Assembly: GCF_000025945.1 (NCBI RefSeq)
Contig: NC_006138.1
Coordinates: 3,210,001 to 3,242,000, forward strand
Source: Desulfotalea psychrophila LSv54
GTDB lineage: Bacteria > Desulfobacterota > Desulfobulbia > Desulfobulbales > Desulfocapsaceae
Direction of reading: 5' to 3'
DNA: 32,000 bases
How positions within the stretch are numbered: the first letter of the stretch is position 1; every line of letters begins with the position of its first letter. This document shows positions 1-9,277 of this stretch, piece by piece. The notes under the pieces are model-generated. The model worked only from the letters and a program-made list of their open reading frames with translations, was not told where the DNA came from and searched no databases. Made by a program: the position numbers and the translations under genes.

Positions 1-986
1 AGTTGATGGTGCTCAACACCTCTACGGGAAAGGTCGAGCATAAAATTTTCAACAATGTTTTAGAGTACATAAACCCCGGAGACATGCTTATTGTCAACAA
101 CACCAAGGTCTTTCCTGCCCGCCTTACGGGACACAAGGAAAGCGGTGGAAAAGTAGAGGTTTTTCTCCTTGAACTGCCAACCTATATCCGCCCAGGTGTC
201 TCTGAAAGCATCGCTCTTATCAAATCTTCACGAAAGCCGAAGGTGGGAAGCACATTAACAATAAATGAGGCCCTGAGCTGCCGGGTAACGGAGCAACTTG
301 CCGGGGGCAAGGCACGGTTGCAGCTGCACTACGACAAAGATGTCGATGTTACAGAAATTTTGGCAGGGATCGGTGAAATCCCACTTCCTCCCTATATAAA
401 AAGAGAAGAGGGCACAACCCCTGAAGACGTGACAAGGTATCAAACCGTTTACGCCAATGTGCCGGGCGCCGTAGCAGCACCCACCGCAGGCCTCCACTTC
501 ACCGAGGAGCTTCTGCAAAGTCTGCGAGAAAATGGCATTCAATTTGGCGAAGTAACCCTCCATGTGGGCTATGGCACCTTCGCCCCTGTTCGAGCTGAAA
601 ATATCGTAGAACACAATATCCATGAGGAGTTTGTCTCCGTGGGCCAAGAGACCGTGGACAAAATCATTGCAACCCGGAAGGCTGGTGGCAAAATTTGGGC
701 CGTGGGCACCACAACAGTACGTTCACTGGAATTTGCCGCTGCCCAACACGGCGGGCAAATTGCCGCCACCGAAGGATGGTGTGCTCTCTATATCTATCCA
801 GGGTTCAAGTTTCAGGTCATTGACAACCTCATCACCAACTTTCATCTGCCTGACTCGTCTCTTATGTTCCTGGTATCCGCACTTTGTCGCCGGGAAAAGC
901 TACTGGAGTGCTATCAGATGGCAATCAAAGAAGATTATCGTTTTTTCTCCTATGGCGATGCCATGGCTGTTATCAGCGGCGAATAA
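1..986 (+). CDS. queA: S-adenosylmethionine:tRNA ribosyltransferase-isomerase (QueA); N-terminus cut by window edge (reading frame of position 3)
   Basis: The translation carries QueA hallmarks (NPGD..VNNTKVFPARL, YQTVYA..PGAVAAPTAGLHF, GTTxVRSLE, TNFHLPxSxL, YRFFSYGDAM). About 25 N-terminal residues are missing relative to E. coli QueA, and the frame is open to position 1. Confidence 0.93.
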   Translation, partial: LMVLNTSTGKVEHKIFNNVLEYINPGDMLIVNNTKVFPARLTGHKESGGKVEVFLLELPTYIRPGVSESIALIKSSRKPKVGSTLTINEALSCRVTEQLAGGKARLQLHYDKDVDVTEILAGIGEIPLPPYIKREEGTTPEDVTRYQTVYANVPGAVAAPTAGLHFTEELLQSLRENGIQFGEVTLHVGYGTFAPVRAENIVEHNIHEEFVSVGQETVDKIIATRKAGGKIWAVGTTTVRSLEFAAAQHGGQIAATEGWCALYIYPGFKFQVIDNLITNFHLPDSSLMFLVSALCRREKLLECYQMAIKEDYRFFSYGDAMAVISGE

Positions 987-1042
987 AAAAAATGCCCCCT
1001 GCAATCAATTTCTACTGCAGGGGGCATTAACATTTATTTTTT
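985..1042. terminator. Bidirectional rho-independent terminator between convergent queA and the zinc-ribbon gene
   Basis: Perfect 13-bp stem AATGCCCCCTGCA (991-1003) / TGCAGGGGGCATT (1016-1028). An A-run precedes it and a T-rich tract follows. Confidence 0.8.
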
Positions 1043-1057
1043 CCAACTACTCTATGC

Positions 1058-1288
1058 TCAAGAGGCCGACGAACATCCCTTACATTCGCCACCGCCCGAG
1101 GTACTGGTAGAGCTAGAATAACCATCGGCATACCAACCGCCGCCCTTGAGCTGAAAAGAGTTCACAGACATCAATTTCTTCACCGCGCCATGACATTCAG
1201 GACACTCGGTCAATGGATCATCACTCATACGTTGTTGTACCTCAAAGACCTTCTCACATTTACTACACTCATACTCATAAACTGGCAT
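1058..1288 (-). CDS. FmdB-family zinc-ribbon (CxxC..CxxC) putative regulatory protein
   Basis: MPVYEYECSKCEKVFEVQQRMSDDPLTECPECHG is the classic FmdB/CxxC_CxxC_SSSS N-terminus. I chose the internal ATG at 1288, which gives the canonical MPVYEY start, over the ORF-track start at 1327. Confidence 0.8.
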   Translation of the reverse strand: MPVYEYECSKCEKVFEVQQRMSDDPLTECPECHGAVKKLMSVNSFQLKGGGWYADGYSSSTSTSGGGECKGCSSAS

Positions 1289-1698
1289 TTTACTCACCTC
1301 AAAGACAAAACAATAGCAGAAGGACAACGGGGAACATGCCCTGCCCCTCGTGTTTGGTTGATTCCCGACTCAGGGAAATATATTTCTATACAGGTCTTTT
1401 ACCGAAAAGCTCCAGAAGCCTCTCGCAAAACTTATTGTAATTCCCATCATCGAATATGTCAACAAAGGCGCCAGTCTACAGTACAAAAATCATTATAAAA
1501 CATGATCGATTGCCCCTCCTGAAAAAAGCCCCTCTAGCTGCCTCCACCGAGCAGAGACTAACGACAGAGAGACAAAGAGGGACTCTCCCCCTCGCCCCCC
1601 TTGCACCTTAGTATAATTTAGACTATAGGCGGAGAGACAATATTTTTTACCATTTTTCATATAGCGCTCGCGCTATCCACCTAAGACTAAAAAACAAA

Positions 1699-2406
1699 AT
1701 GAATGAGCTCATGTGGGTAGTAATGCTACTTACCAATTTTTCTCTAATCCTCATATGCTACAAGATCTATGGCAGAATGGGCCTCTACCTGTGGATCCCC
1801 ATCTCCACCATTATTGCCAATATTCAGGTGCTCAAACTCGTTGAAATCATGGGCGTTGAGGCAACACTGGGTAATATTGTCTATGCATCCTCCTTTTTGG
1901 CCACGGATATTCTTTCGGAGAACCATGACAGAAAGGATGCCAAGAGGGCAATCGGGATAGGTTTTCTCTCCCTCTTATCCCTTACCCTCCTGATGCAAAT
2001 GGCCCTGAAATTCACTCCCTCAGCCAACGACTTCAGCCAGGAGAGCCTGCAAACAATCTTTGGCCTAATCCCCCGCATCGCCTTGGCAAGTATTGTGGCC
2101 TATATCATCTCTCAGTCCCATGATATATGGGCCTTTCACTGGATAAAGGAAAAGACCAAGGGCAAAAAACTCTGGCTGAGAAATTGTCTCAGCACCATGG
2201 TCAGTCAGGCAATTGACACCATAGTCTTTATCATTATCGCCTTTTGGGGGATGTATGAGTGGAGTGTCCTTGTTGAAATTTTCTGGACAACCTATCTGCT
2301 CAAATGGGTAGTGGCAGCCGCTGACACACCCTTTCTCTACCTTGCCCGTTGGATGAAGAAGGAGGGGCATGATTGCCCTGACCAAGCTCCGGGGCACGCT
2401 CTCTAA
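1699..2406 (+). CDS. yhhQ: Queuosine precursor transporter, YhhQ/DUF165 (Vut1) family, polytopic membrane protein
   Basis: About six hydrophobic segments and YhhQ-like motifs (GNIVYASSFLATDILSE, SQSHDIWAFHWIK, VSQAIDTIVF). It lies beside queA. Confidence 0.82.
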   Translation: MNELMWVVMLLTNFSLILICYKIYGRMGLYLWIPISTIIANIQVLKLVEIMGVEATLGNIVYASSFLATDILSENHDRKDAKRAIGIGFLSLLSLTLLMQMALKFTPSANDFSQESLQTIFGLIPRIALASIVAYIISQSHDIWAFHWIKEKTKGKKLWLRNCLSTMVSQAIDTIVFIIIAFWGMYEWSVLVEIFWTTYLLKWVVAAADTPFLYLARWMKKEGHDCPDQAPGHAL

Positions 2407-2451
2407 CCCCCCCTAAAAGCCTAGGTTTTTTCACCTAAATTCATTCTGTCG

Positions 2452-2490
2452 CAAGGCATGGGGGCAAAGAGACATCCCATGCCTTGTTGT
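2452..2490 (+). terminator. Hairpin downstream of yhhQ (candidate terminator, weak T tail)
   Basis: Perfect 11-bp stem CAAGGCATGGG (2452-2462) / CCCATGCCTTG (2476-2486) followed by TTGT. Confidence 0.55.
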
Positions 2491-2637
2491 AGGCCGGTAA
2501 GTCTGGTATAACAAAATCTACGTCAAATATATTTCAATTGGTTATTTGGCGCACTTATAATATTGTGTAGGTCTTCTCTGCTCTAATGAGTGGGGCAGCT
2601 TTACCCATTAACACAAAATGATGAGGGCGTAGATTCC

Positions 2638-3384
2638 ATGTTTAAAAATAGGCTGTTAGTCTCGCACCAGAAGGTACCGCGTCCGACATACTCCATCCCT
2701 CTCATCATCTTCGCATTTCTTTTCTCCCTCCTTTTCAGCACATATGCCTGCGCAGAAGAGATCGAGAACAAGACCGAGATGTTAGTGGCAAAACGGCTAC
2801 AGCAACGTTACGATAGCATGAAAAGCCTCTCCTTCAACTTCTATCAGCACACCACGGCAGGTGTGGGTGGACGACCTAAAGTGGGCGAAGGTCAGGCTAG
2901 ATTTCTTAAATCCACTCGAACAGCGTTTATGCGTTGGGACTACCTGGCTCCTGAAGAGCAGGTACTTACCAGCGATGGCGAATTTTTCAGCATGTATTTT
3001 AAAGAGCTGAGGCAGATGATTGTCACCCCTGCTAAAAACCTCGAATCAGATATCACCTACTCCTTTTTTACCGGCAAGGGCACCCTCAAGAAAGATTTTT
3101 TTCTCTACCCGGCAGACGCCAATATCGCAGCAGAGTTGGTGGAATCGGAGAAGAGACAAATCATCAAACTGGTACCTAAAAAAACACAATCTCAGGTACA
3201 GGATATCCATGTTTGGGTAAATACAAATTCGCTTATTACCAGAATGCAGATTCGTGATCACTTTGGAACAATCACCGTGCTCAGTCTCAGCGATATAGAA
3301 ATTGACAGTATTGCCGATACGATTGAATCTTTAAAAGATTTTAGCTTTACTCCCCCTGTGGGCACTGAAATAATCAAACAGTGA
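2638..3384 (+). CDS. lolA: LolA-like outer-membrane lipoprotein carrier / LolA-fold periplasmic protein
   Basis: Signal peptide (..LLFSTYACA/EE). LolA-like pattern: RYDSMKSLSFNFYQ...G.G.ARFLK....FMRWDY..PEEQVLTSDGEFFSMYF. ATG at 2638 is preferred over the upstream GTG at 2590. Confidence 0.7.
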   Translation: MFKNRLLVSHQKVPRPTYSIPLIIFAFLFSLLFSTYACAEEIENKTEMLVAKRLQQRYDSMKSLSFNFYQHTTAGVGGRPKVGEGQARFLKSTRTAFMRWDYLAPEEQVLTSDGEFFSMYFKELRQMIVTPAKNLESDITYSFFTGKGTLKKDFFLYPADANIAAELVESEKRQIIKLVPKKTQSQVQDIHVWVNTNSLITRMQIRDHFGTITVLSLSDIEIDSIADTIESLKDFSFTPPVGTEIIKQ

Positions 3385-3436
3385 AATGCCGTAGTAGCAA
3401 GAACAATTAACACATATACAAAAAACGGGAAAAACA

Positions 3437-4627
3437 ATGGAAGAAAGTTTCGCAGACCTCTTTAAAGCCGAAGAAACCAAAAAAATAGTCAAACTAGCTC
3501 CTGGCCAAAAACTCACAGCAACTGTTGTTGGAATCAGCCCTGATACCATTTTCCTTGATGTTGGCGGAAAAAGTGAAGGCGCTCTCAATAGCTCTGAAAT
3601 GATCGATGGCGAAGGTAATCTCACCGTTGAAATGGGTGACAAGGTTGAGGTCTATTTTCTACAGGGCAAGGGTTCCGGCCCACTGTTCACCACCAAGATA
3701 GGATCCGGCGCTGACATTAGCCACCTGGAAGAGGCGTGGCGCAGTGCGATTCCCGTCGAGGGAATTGTCAAGGCAGAGATCAAGGGCGGTTTTGAGATCA
3801 GCCTCGGCGGTAAGACTCGCGCGTTCTGTCCATTCTCCCAGATGTCGCTTCGACGTGTTGCCGATCCTGCTAAGGAGTACGTAGATACCACCATGTCCTT
3901 TTTGATCAGCAAAATCGAAGAGAGCGGTCGCAATATTGTGGTTTCAGCCCGCGCCCTTGAAGAGGCAAAACGCGCTGAAATGCGGGATGAGCTGGTGGCA
4001 ACCTTGGCTGAAGGCCAAACCGTGGAGGGTGTTATTACCTCTATTCGTGATTTTGGTGCCTTTGTTGATATCGGTGCCATCGACGGACTTATCCCCATCT
4101 CCGAGATTGGTTGGAGCCGGGTCGAGCGAGTTGAAGAGTATTTCGCCGTGGGCCAGAAAGTGCAGGCCGTGGTCAAGAGCATTGATTGGGAGAAGGATCG
4201 CATCTCCCTCAGCTATAAAGACACCCTCACCGATCCTTGGATAGAGGCAGCAAAAGAGCTTGTTCCCGGCACCATCCTCACTGGCAAGGTAGTTCGCCTT
4301 GCCCAATTTGGTGCCTTTGTCAATATCGCCGAAGGTATTGATGGCCTTATCCATATCTCCAGACTTGGCAGTGGCCGTCGCATCAACCACCCCCGAGAGG
4401 CTGTTGAAGAGGGTCAGGAGATCGAGGTGAAGGTAGAGAGCGTTGACAGCGATAGCAAAAGAATCAGTCTTGCTCCATCTGACTTTGTCTCTGCCGAAGG
4501 CGAAGCCGATAAGGAAGAGGCTACCTTCAAGGAGTACGCCAAGAAGAAAAAGTCATCCAAGGAGAGCAGCAATATGGGTTCCCTTGGCCAACTCCTCAAG
4601 GCTAAGATGCTGGCAAAGAAGAAGTAA
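3437..4627 (+). CDS. S1 RNA-binding domain protein (four S1 repeats, Lys-rich C-terminal tail); short ribosomal-protein-S1-like
   Basis: Four repeats of the S1 pattern G..V.G.V..I..FGAFVDIG..DGLIHISE.... ...G..V.VKV..ID....RISLS. The basic KKKKSSKE...KAKMLAKKK tail follows. Confidence 0.85.
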   Translation: MEESFADLFKAEETKKIVKLAPGQKLTATVVGISPDTIFLDVGGKSEGALNSSEMIDGEGNLTVEMGDKVEVYFLQGKGSGPLFTTKIGSGADISHLEEAWRSAIPVEGIVKAEIKGGFEISLGGKTRAFCPFSQMSLRRVADPAKEYVDTTMSFLISKIEESGRNIVVSARALEEAKRAEMRDELVATLAEGQTVEGVITSIRDFGAFVDIGAIDGLIPISEIGWSRVERVEEYFAVGQKVQAVVKSIDWEKDRISLSYKDTLTDPWIEAAKELVPGTILTGKVVRLAQFGAFVNIAEGIDGLIHISRLGSGRRINHPREAVEEGQEIEVKVESVDSDSKRISLAPSDFVSAEGEADKEEATFKEYAKKKKSSKESSNMGSLGQLLKAKMLAKKK

Positions 4628-4648
4628 TTCCAACTCTGCCCTGAACTA

Positions 4649-4720
4649 CCGCGCCGCTCTTCTCCCCTTTTGGGGTGGAGCGGCGTGGTAAGCTATCAGC
4701 TTACAGCTTACAGCTTCTTT
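4649..4720 (+). terminator. Two consecutive hairpins after the S1 gene (candidate terminator)
   Basis: Stem CCGCGCCGCTC (4649-4659) / GAGCGGCGTGG (4678-4688, one G-U pair). It is followed by GTAAGCT-atc-AGCTTAC and CTTTT. Confidence 0.55.
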
Positions 4721-4740
4721 TCGATCCACCTCCCACTCAC
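4688..4740 (+). repeat. Copy a of a dispersed intergenic element: AGCT-rich hairpin plus CTTTT-CGATCCACCTCCC tail
   Basis: GTAAGCTATCAGCTTACAGCTTACAGCTT followed by CTTTTCGATCCACCTCCCACTCAC. Related copies are at 9217-9277 and 9913-10005. Confidence 0.6.
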
Positions 4741-5024
4741 TGTTCAACGTTCAGCCTGTTCCAATTATTGTACTCATCCAGCCCGACATCCACCCCATAA
4801 TTGTTCTTGGCCAATACACACATCTCCAGATCACCTGCAACACTACCCCTGTTACGATCAGAAAAAATTGTTCCATGAAGAGATTAATAATGTGTCATTT
4901 TATCTACATTGATTCTTTATTTCATTAGACTTTAACAACCAAAAGCAGTTAAGCTAAACTTACTGCCTTGTTAGGGAGTTGTCCGTCAGGAAAAGACACC
5001 CATATCAAACCTGGAGGTTATTAA

Positions 5025-6995
5025 ATGTGCAGGGCTACAAAAAGACGATTTATTGTTGGCTCAATACTATTTGCCTGTTTGTCCAATTCGCCAGCCTGGG
5101 CAGAAAATGAGATCTCGACCCCATTATTGCCAACAGCCAACAATTTTCGAGATATCGCCGGAATATCAGAGACACATGGCGGAAACGGATTTGTAAATGA
5201 TACCAGATATAAAGGCCTTATGCGAACAGGGGTGTTTTATCGTTCCTCAAAGCTCCAGGAGCTCAACTCGAAAGATTTCAACACAATCTCTGCTCTTGGA
5301 ATCTCGCTGGTTATCGATCTACGGAGTCCTTATGAGATTTCGCTGGCTCCTGACCTACCTTTACCTGGAGCCAGCTTAGTAAATCATAATATATACGCCA
5401 TTAATCCTCCAGTCTCTCCGCCAATTCCTGGTGACTCCCCTCCGCTAATAGACTCCACAACAGAGATGACAAAATATTTCCACGATTTTTATCGGAAATT
5501 CATCACTGATTATAAGCAGCGTGCTGAATTTAAATTAGTTCTCCTGGATCTGATCAACACTCCAGGGGCCGGGCTATACCATTGTACCGGTGGCAAGGAT
5601 CGAACGGGTTGGGTGAGTGTCATCCTGCAAAGTATTGCCGGCGTCTCCGATTCGACTATTATGAAGGATTATCTGGCTACCAATCTATATAGTGAAAAAT
5701 ATATAAATGAATTCCTGGTTAAGATCACGGATCCTAATAAAAAGATTGCCTACAGGATACTTGCTGGAGTGCAAGAAGATTTTTTACAGGCGGCACTTGA
5801 TCAGGTGGTCACTTCCTATGGGTCGATGCAGGCGTATTTGACTCAGGGCTTGGGATTAAGCCAGGCTGATATTTATCTCCTCCGGGCCAAAATGGTTTAC
5901 TACCAGACCCTACCCGGCCAAGCTCAGTTTTCCGGTAATGCTGCCCGAGGCGCAACTTTTCTCAACGCTTTACAGAACTCACCTCTTTCAGGGCAATACT
6001 CAAACTACAACTATTATCTACAGGCAGCTATTGATGCTGGCACCTTGGCTGGCGTAGAAACCAGAGTAGGTGGTCAGGTACATGCTGATGCAGCTGCATA
6101 TCTCTTGCGCCAACCACAGTTAATCGATAATGCCTTAACAACCCTTGCCAGTGGCCAAAATCTCAAATTTGGTGAAGGCAAGGCATGGCTATCAGGTGTT
6201 ACAGAAAACCAGGAGGTGTCAAGCCGTTCTGGCATAGCTAGCAGTGATAGCCGCAGCTCTGGTTTGATTGTTGGCGGGACACATCGTTTTAATGAAAATG
6301 CGAGCGCCTATGTAGGTGCAAGCTATATTTCAAACAAGGTCGAAAGTGCCAGCGCCGACGCTGATATCGACAACTATCTTGTCGTCTTTGGTGGACGTTA
6401 TGCCTTAGCAAAACTTGAAACTGGTCCCTATATGGGGGTCAGGTTCAGTGCCGGCGCCCTTGATTATAAGAGCACCCGGCCCCTGGATTATGGCCTTGGC
6501 ACGGCAACTGGTAAAACCGATGGCAAAACTTATAGTGGCCGTATTGACCTTGGTAATATTTTTGACAGAGGTACCTTTACGATCACACCGCAGCTTGGCC
6601 TGCTCGTCGCCCATATCAACCTTGACAGATTCGATGAACAGGGCAGTGAACTGGGCCTTCACGTCAATGGTATTTCCGAAACAATACCCAGTTTATTAGC
6701 TGAACTGCGCGTCGATCTCAATGGACGACAATTTGGTAATTGGCTGTTCCAGCCTTCCGCAGTGGTAGGCTATGAACGGGCATTAGACACCTCGAATGTA
6801 ACTAGTACGGGTTCGCTTTACGGATATCCCATAAGCCAGGAGTCAGCCTATGACAGTCGTGATCTCGCCAAGCTTGGTCTTGGGGTAAGCGCACGGAATG
6901 GGAACTTCAGTCTACAAGTTGGGGCTAATGTCATGGCCGGAGAAAATATCAACAGCATCTTAGGTGCTAACATCAACTTTTCATATACCTTTTAG
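5025..6995 (+). CDS. Secreted protein-tyrosine/dual-specificity phosphatase (CX5R, Y_phosphatase3/IphP-like) fused to a C-terminal autotransporter beta-barrel, paralog 1
   Basis: GGAGG RBS about 8 nt upstream and a signal peptide (..SNSPAWA/EN). The P-loop HCTGGKDRTG is encoded at about 5580-5609. The C-terminal ~270 aa show alternating beta-strand patterning and end in ..ANINFSYTF, an OMP-type terminal aromatic. The GKAWLSG...GLIVGG...GGRY... pattern is typical of type Va translocators. Confidence 0.85.
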   Translation: MCRATKRRFIVGSILFACLSNSPAWAENEISTPLLPTANNFRDIAGISETHGGNGFVNDTRYKGLMRTGVFYRSSKLQELNSKDFNTISALGISLVIDLRSPYEISLAPDLPLPGASLVNHNIYAINPPVSPPIPGDSPPLIDSTTEMTKYFHDFYRKFITDYKQRAEFKLVLLDLINTPGAGLYHCTGGKDRTGWVSVILQSIAGVSDSTIMKDYLATNLYSEKYINEFLVKITDPNKKIAYRILAGVQEDFLQAALDQVVTSYGSMQAYLTQGLGLSQADIYLLRAKMVYYQTLPGQAQFSGNAARGATFLNALQNSPLSGQYSNYNYYLQAAIDAGTLAGVETRVGGQVHADAAAYLLRQPQLIDNALTTLASGQNLKFGEGKAWLSGVTENQEVSSRSGIASSDSRSSGLIVGGTHRFNENASAYVGASYISNKVESASADADIDNYLVVFGGRYALAKLETGPYMGVRFSAGALDYKSTRPLDYGLGTATGKTDGKTYSGRIDLGNIFDRGTFTITPQLGLLVAHINLDRFDEQGSELGLHVNGISETIPSLLAELRVDLNGRQFGNWLFQPSAVVGYERALDTSNVTSTGSLYGYPISQESAYDSRDLAKLGLGVSARNGNFSLQVGANVMAGENINSILGANINFSYTF

Positions 6996-7048
6996 ACGGT
7001 TGCATCAGGCCTTGGTGGTGAAACACAATAATAGATTCTTGATCTCAA

Positions 7049-7088
7049 ACACTCCCTCTTGGCAAATGCTGGAGACATGTGGGAGTGT
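7049..7088 (+). terminator. Hairpin between the two paralogs (possible terminator/attenuator, no T-run)
   Basis: Perfect 8-bp stem ACACTCCC (7049-7056) / GGGAGTGT (7081-7088) with a 24-nt loop. Confidence 0.35.
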
Positions 7089-7235
7089 AATTATCAAAAC
7101 CAAAAAATATAGCATGGTGGCAGAAGTGGCCCCGTTTCATAAGCCACTGCCCTGATTTATTAATGATCGCCTTGTTAGGGCATTGTTCATCAGTAAAAAA
7201 ACACCCATATCCATATTAAGCCAGGAGGTTGTTAG

Positions 7236-9176
7236 ATGTGCAGGGCTACAAAAAGACGATTTATTATTGGCTCAATACTATTTGCCTGTTTGTCCAATTC
7301 GCCAGCCTGGGCAGAAAATGAGATCTCGACGCCATACTTAACCAGTGCCAGTAACTTTCGAGACATTGCAGGAATATCAAAAAACTATGGTGGAACCGGT
7401 TTTGTAAATGATACCAGCCATGAAGGCATCATGAGAACAGGAGTATTTTATCGTTCTCCAAAGCTCTTTAACCTTAGCTCGGTCGATTTCAATACAATCT
7501 CTGGCCTTGGGCTTTCGCTCATTATCGATTTAAGAACTCCTAAAGAAATTCAAGACGCTCCAGACATGTCTTTTGGTATTAATGAAGTATATCATAATAT
7601 CTTTGGTACCCAAGATACTCCCCATCTGTCCTACATTACCCCAGAAGATGTTAGGGTGAGCTTCCACAACGCTTATCGGGAATACATAACCGAGGAAGGC
7701 CAGAGAAAGGTATTGAAAAATATTTTTCTCGACTTGGCCAAAACTCCTAAGGCAGCCCTATACCATTGCACTGGTGGCAAGGATAGAACAGGTTGGGTGA
7801 GTGCCGTCCTGCAAAGTATTGCCGGCGTCTCAGATGCGACTATCATGAATGATTATCTCGCGACCAATCTATATATGGAGACAGCTGTTAATAAATTTCT
7901 AAAAGATTATCCTGAATCAATGTGGCCTATTCTTAAATTGCGTTTGGGAGTAGAAGCGAGCTATCTGCAGGCGGCACTTGAGCAGGTGGTCACTTCCTAT
8001 GGGTCAATGCAAGCGTATTTGCTCCAGGGCTTGGATTTAACACCGGCTGATATCTATGTCCTCCGGGCCAAAATGGTTTACTACCAGAGCCTACCCGGCC
8101 AAGCTCAGTTTTCCGGTAATGCTGCTAGAGGCGCAACTTTTCTCAACAGTTTACAGAACTCACCTCTTTCAGGGCAATACTCAAACTACAACTATTATCT
8201 ACAGGCAGCTATTGATGCTGGCACCTTGAGTGGCGTAGAAACCAGAGTAGGTGGTCAGGTGCATGCCGATGCAGCTGCATATCTCTTGCGCCAACCACAA
8301 TTAATCGATAATGCCTTAACAACCCTTGCCAGTGGTCAAAATCTCAAATTCGGTGAAGGCAAGGCATGGCTATCAGGTCTTACAGAAAACCAGGAGGTGT
8401 CAAGCCGTTCTGGGATAGCAAGCAGTGATAGTCGCAGCTCTGGTTTGATTGTTGGCGGGACACATCGTTTTAATGAGAATGCGAGCGCCTATGCAGGTGC
8501 AAGCTATATTTCAAACAAGGTCGAAAGTGCCAGCGCCGACGCTGACATCGACAACTATCTTGTCGTCTTTGGTGGACGTTATGCCCTGTCAAAACTTGAA
8601 ACGGGACCCTATATGGGGGTCAGGTTCAGTGCCGGCGCCCTTGATTATAAGAGTACCCGGCCCCTGGATTATGGCCTTGGCACGGCAACGGGTAAAACCG
8701 ATGGCAAAACTTATAGTGGCCGTATTGACCTTGGTAATATTTTTGAGAGAGGTACCTTTACGATCACACCACAGCTTGGCCTGCTCGTCGCCCATATCGA
8801 CCTTGACAGATTCGATGAGCAGGGGAGCGAACTGGCTCTTAAGGTCAATGGTATTTCCGAAACAATACCCAGTTTATTAGCCGAACTGCGCGTCGATCTC
8901 AATGGACGACAACTTGGCAATTGGGTCTTCCAGCCTTCCGCAGTGATAGGCTATGAACGGGCATTAGATACCTCGAATGTAACGAGTACGGGTTCACTTT
9001 ACGGAATATCAGTAAGCCAGGAGTCAGCCTATGACAGTCGTGATCTCGCCAAGCTTGGTCTTGGAATAAGCGCACGAAATGGGAACTTCAGCCTACAAGT
9101 TGGTGCTAATCTAATGGCTGGAGAAAATATCAACAGCATCTTAGGTGCTAATATCAACTTTCTATATACCTTTTAG
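7236..9176 (+). CDS. Secreted CX5R phosphatase-autotransporter fusion, paralog 2
   Basis: Same architecture as 5025-6995: identical signal-peptide sequence apart from one residue, HCTGGKDRTG at about 7764-7793, and an autotransporter-like C-terminus ending ..ANINFLYTF. Confidence 0.85.
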   Translation: MCRATKRRFIIGSILFACLSNSPAWAENEISTPYLTSASNFRDIAGISKNYGGTGFVNDTSHEGIMRTGVFYRSPKLFNLSSVDFNTISGLGLSLIIDLRTPKEIQDAPDMSFGINEVYHNIFGTQDTPHLSYITPEDVRVSFHNAYREYITEEGQRKVLKNIFLDLAKTPKAALYHCTGGKDRTGWVSAVLQSIAGVSDATIMNDYLATNLYMETAVNKFLKDYPESMWPILKLRLGVEASYLQAALEQVVTSYGSMQAYLLQGLDLTPADIYVLRAKMVYYQSLPGQAQFSGNAARGATFLNSLQNSPLSGQYSNYNYYLQAAIDAGTLSGVETRVGGQVHADAAAYLLRQPQLIDNALTTLASGQNLKFGEGKAWLSGLTENQEVSSRSGIASSDSRSSGLIVGGTHRFNENASAYAGASYISNKVESASADADIDNYLVVFGGRYALSKLETGPYMGVRFSAGALDYKSTRPLDYGLGTATGKTDGKTYSGRIDLGNIFERGTFTITPQLGLLVAHIDLDRFDEQGSELALKVNGISETIPSLLAELRVDLNGRQLGNWVFQPSAVIGYERALDTSNVTSTGSLYGISVSQESAYDSRDLAKLGLGISARNGNFSLQVGANLMAGENINSILGANINFLYTF

Positions 9177-9216
9177 ACGGTTGCATCAGGCCTTGTTGGT
9201 GAAACAGAGAAAAAAG

Positions 9217-9251
9217 AGCAGCTGTAAGATCTCAGCTATCAGCTGCTTTTT
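9217..9251. terminator. Rho-independent terminator after paralog 2 (A-run / stem / T-run, potentially bidirectional)
   Basis: AAAAAAG-AGCAGCTG (9217-9224) ... CAGCTGCT (9240-9247)-TTTT. The stem is a perfect 8 bp. Confidence 0.75.
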
Positions 9252-9277
9252 AACCTAAGCTCCCGTGAGGGTTAAAC
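9217..9277 (+). repeat. Copy b of the AGCT-hairpin + tail element
   Basis: AGCAGCTGTAAGATCTCAGCTATCAGCTGCT followed by CTTTTTAACCTAAGCTCCCGTGAGGGTTAAAC. Confidence 0.6.

Larger units (their letters stand above)
4965..9207 (+). repeat. Tandem duplication, about 2.1-2.2 kb per unit (about 4965-7026 and 7169-9207), each unit = 5' UTR + phosphatase-autotransporter gene + about 30 nt of 3' flank
   Basis: The shared 5' flank is GCCTTGTTAGGG...ACACCCATATC...GGAGGTT..T.ATG. The first ~97 nt of the two CDSs differ at one position. The 3' halves are near-identical, and both share the post-stop tract GACGGTTGCATCAGGCCTTG.TGGTGAAACA. Confidence 0.9.

Noticed and set aside
1640-1698. preQ1-I riboswitch call upstream of yhhQ
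   Set aside because: The A-rich tail fits, but the only adjacent stem (ATAGC/GCTAT or AGCG/CGCT) closes a 4-6-nt loop rather than the ~10-12-nt loop of the preQ1-I aptamer. I kept it only as something to test with cmsearch.
4670-4912. 80-aa ORF in the S1 / phosphatase-autotransporter intergenic region
   Set aside because: There is no RBS. It starts inside the terminator hairpins. Its composition (His/Pro/Cys-rich) looks non-coding.
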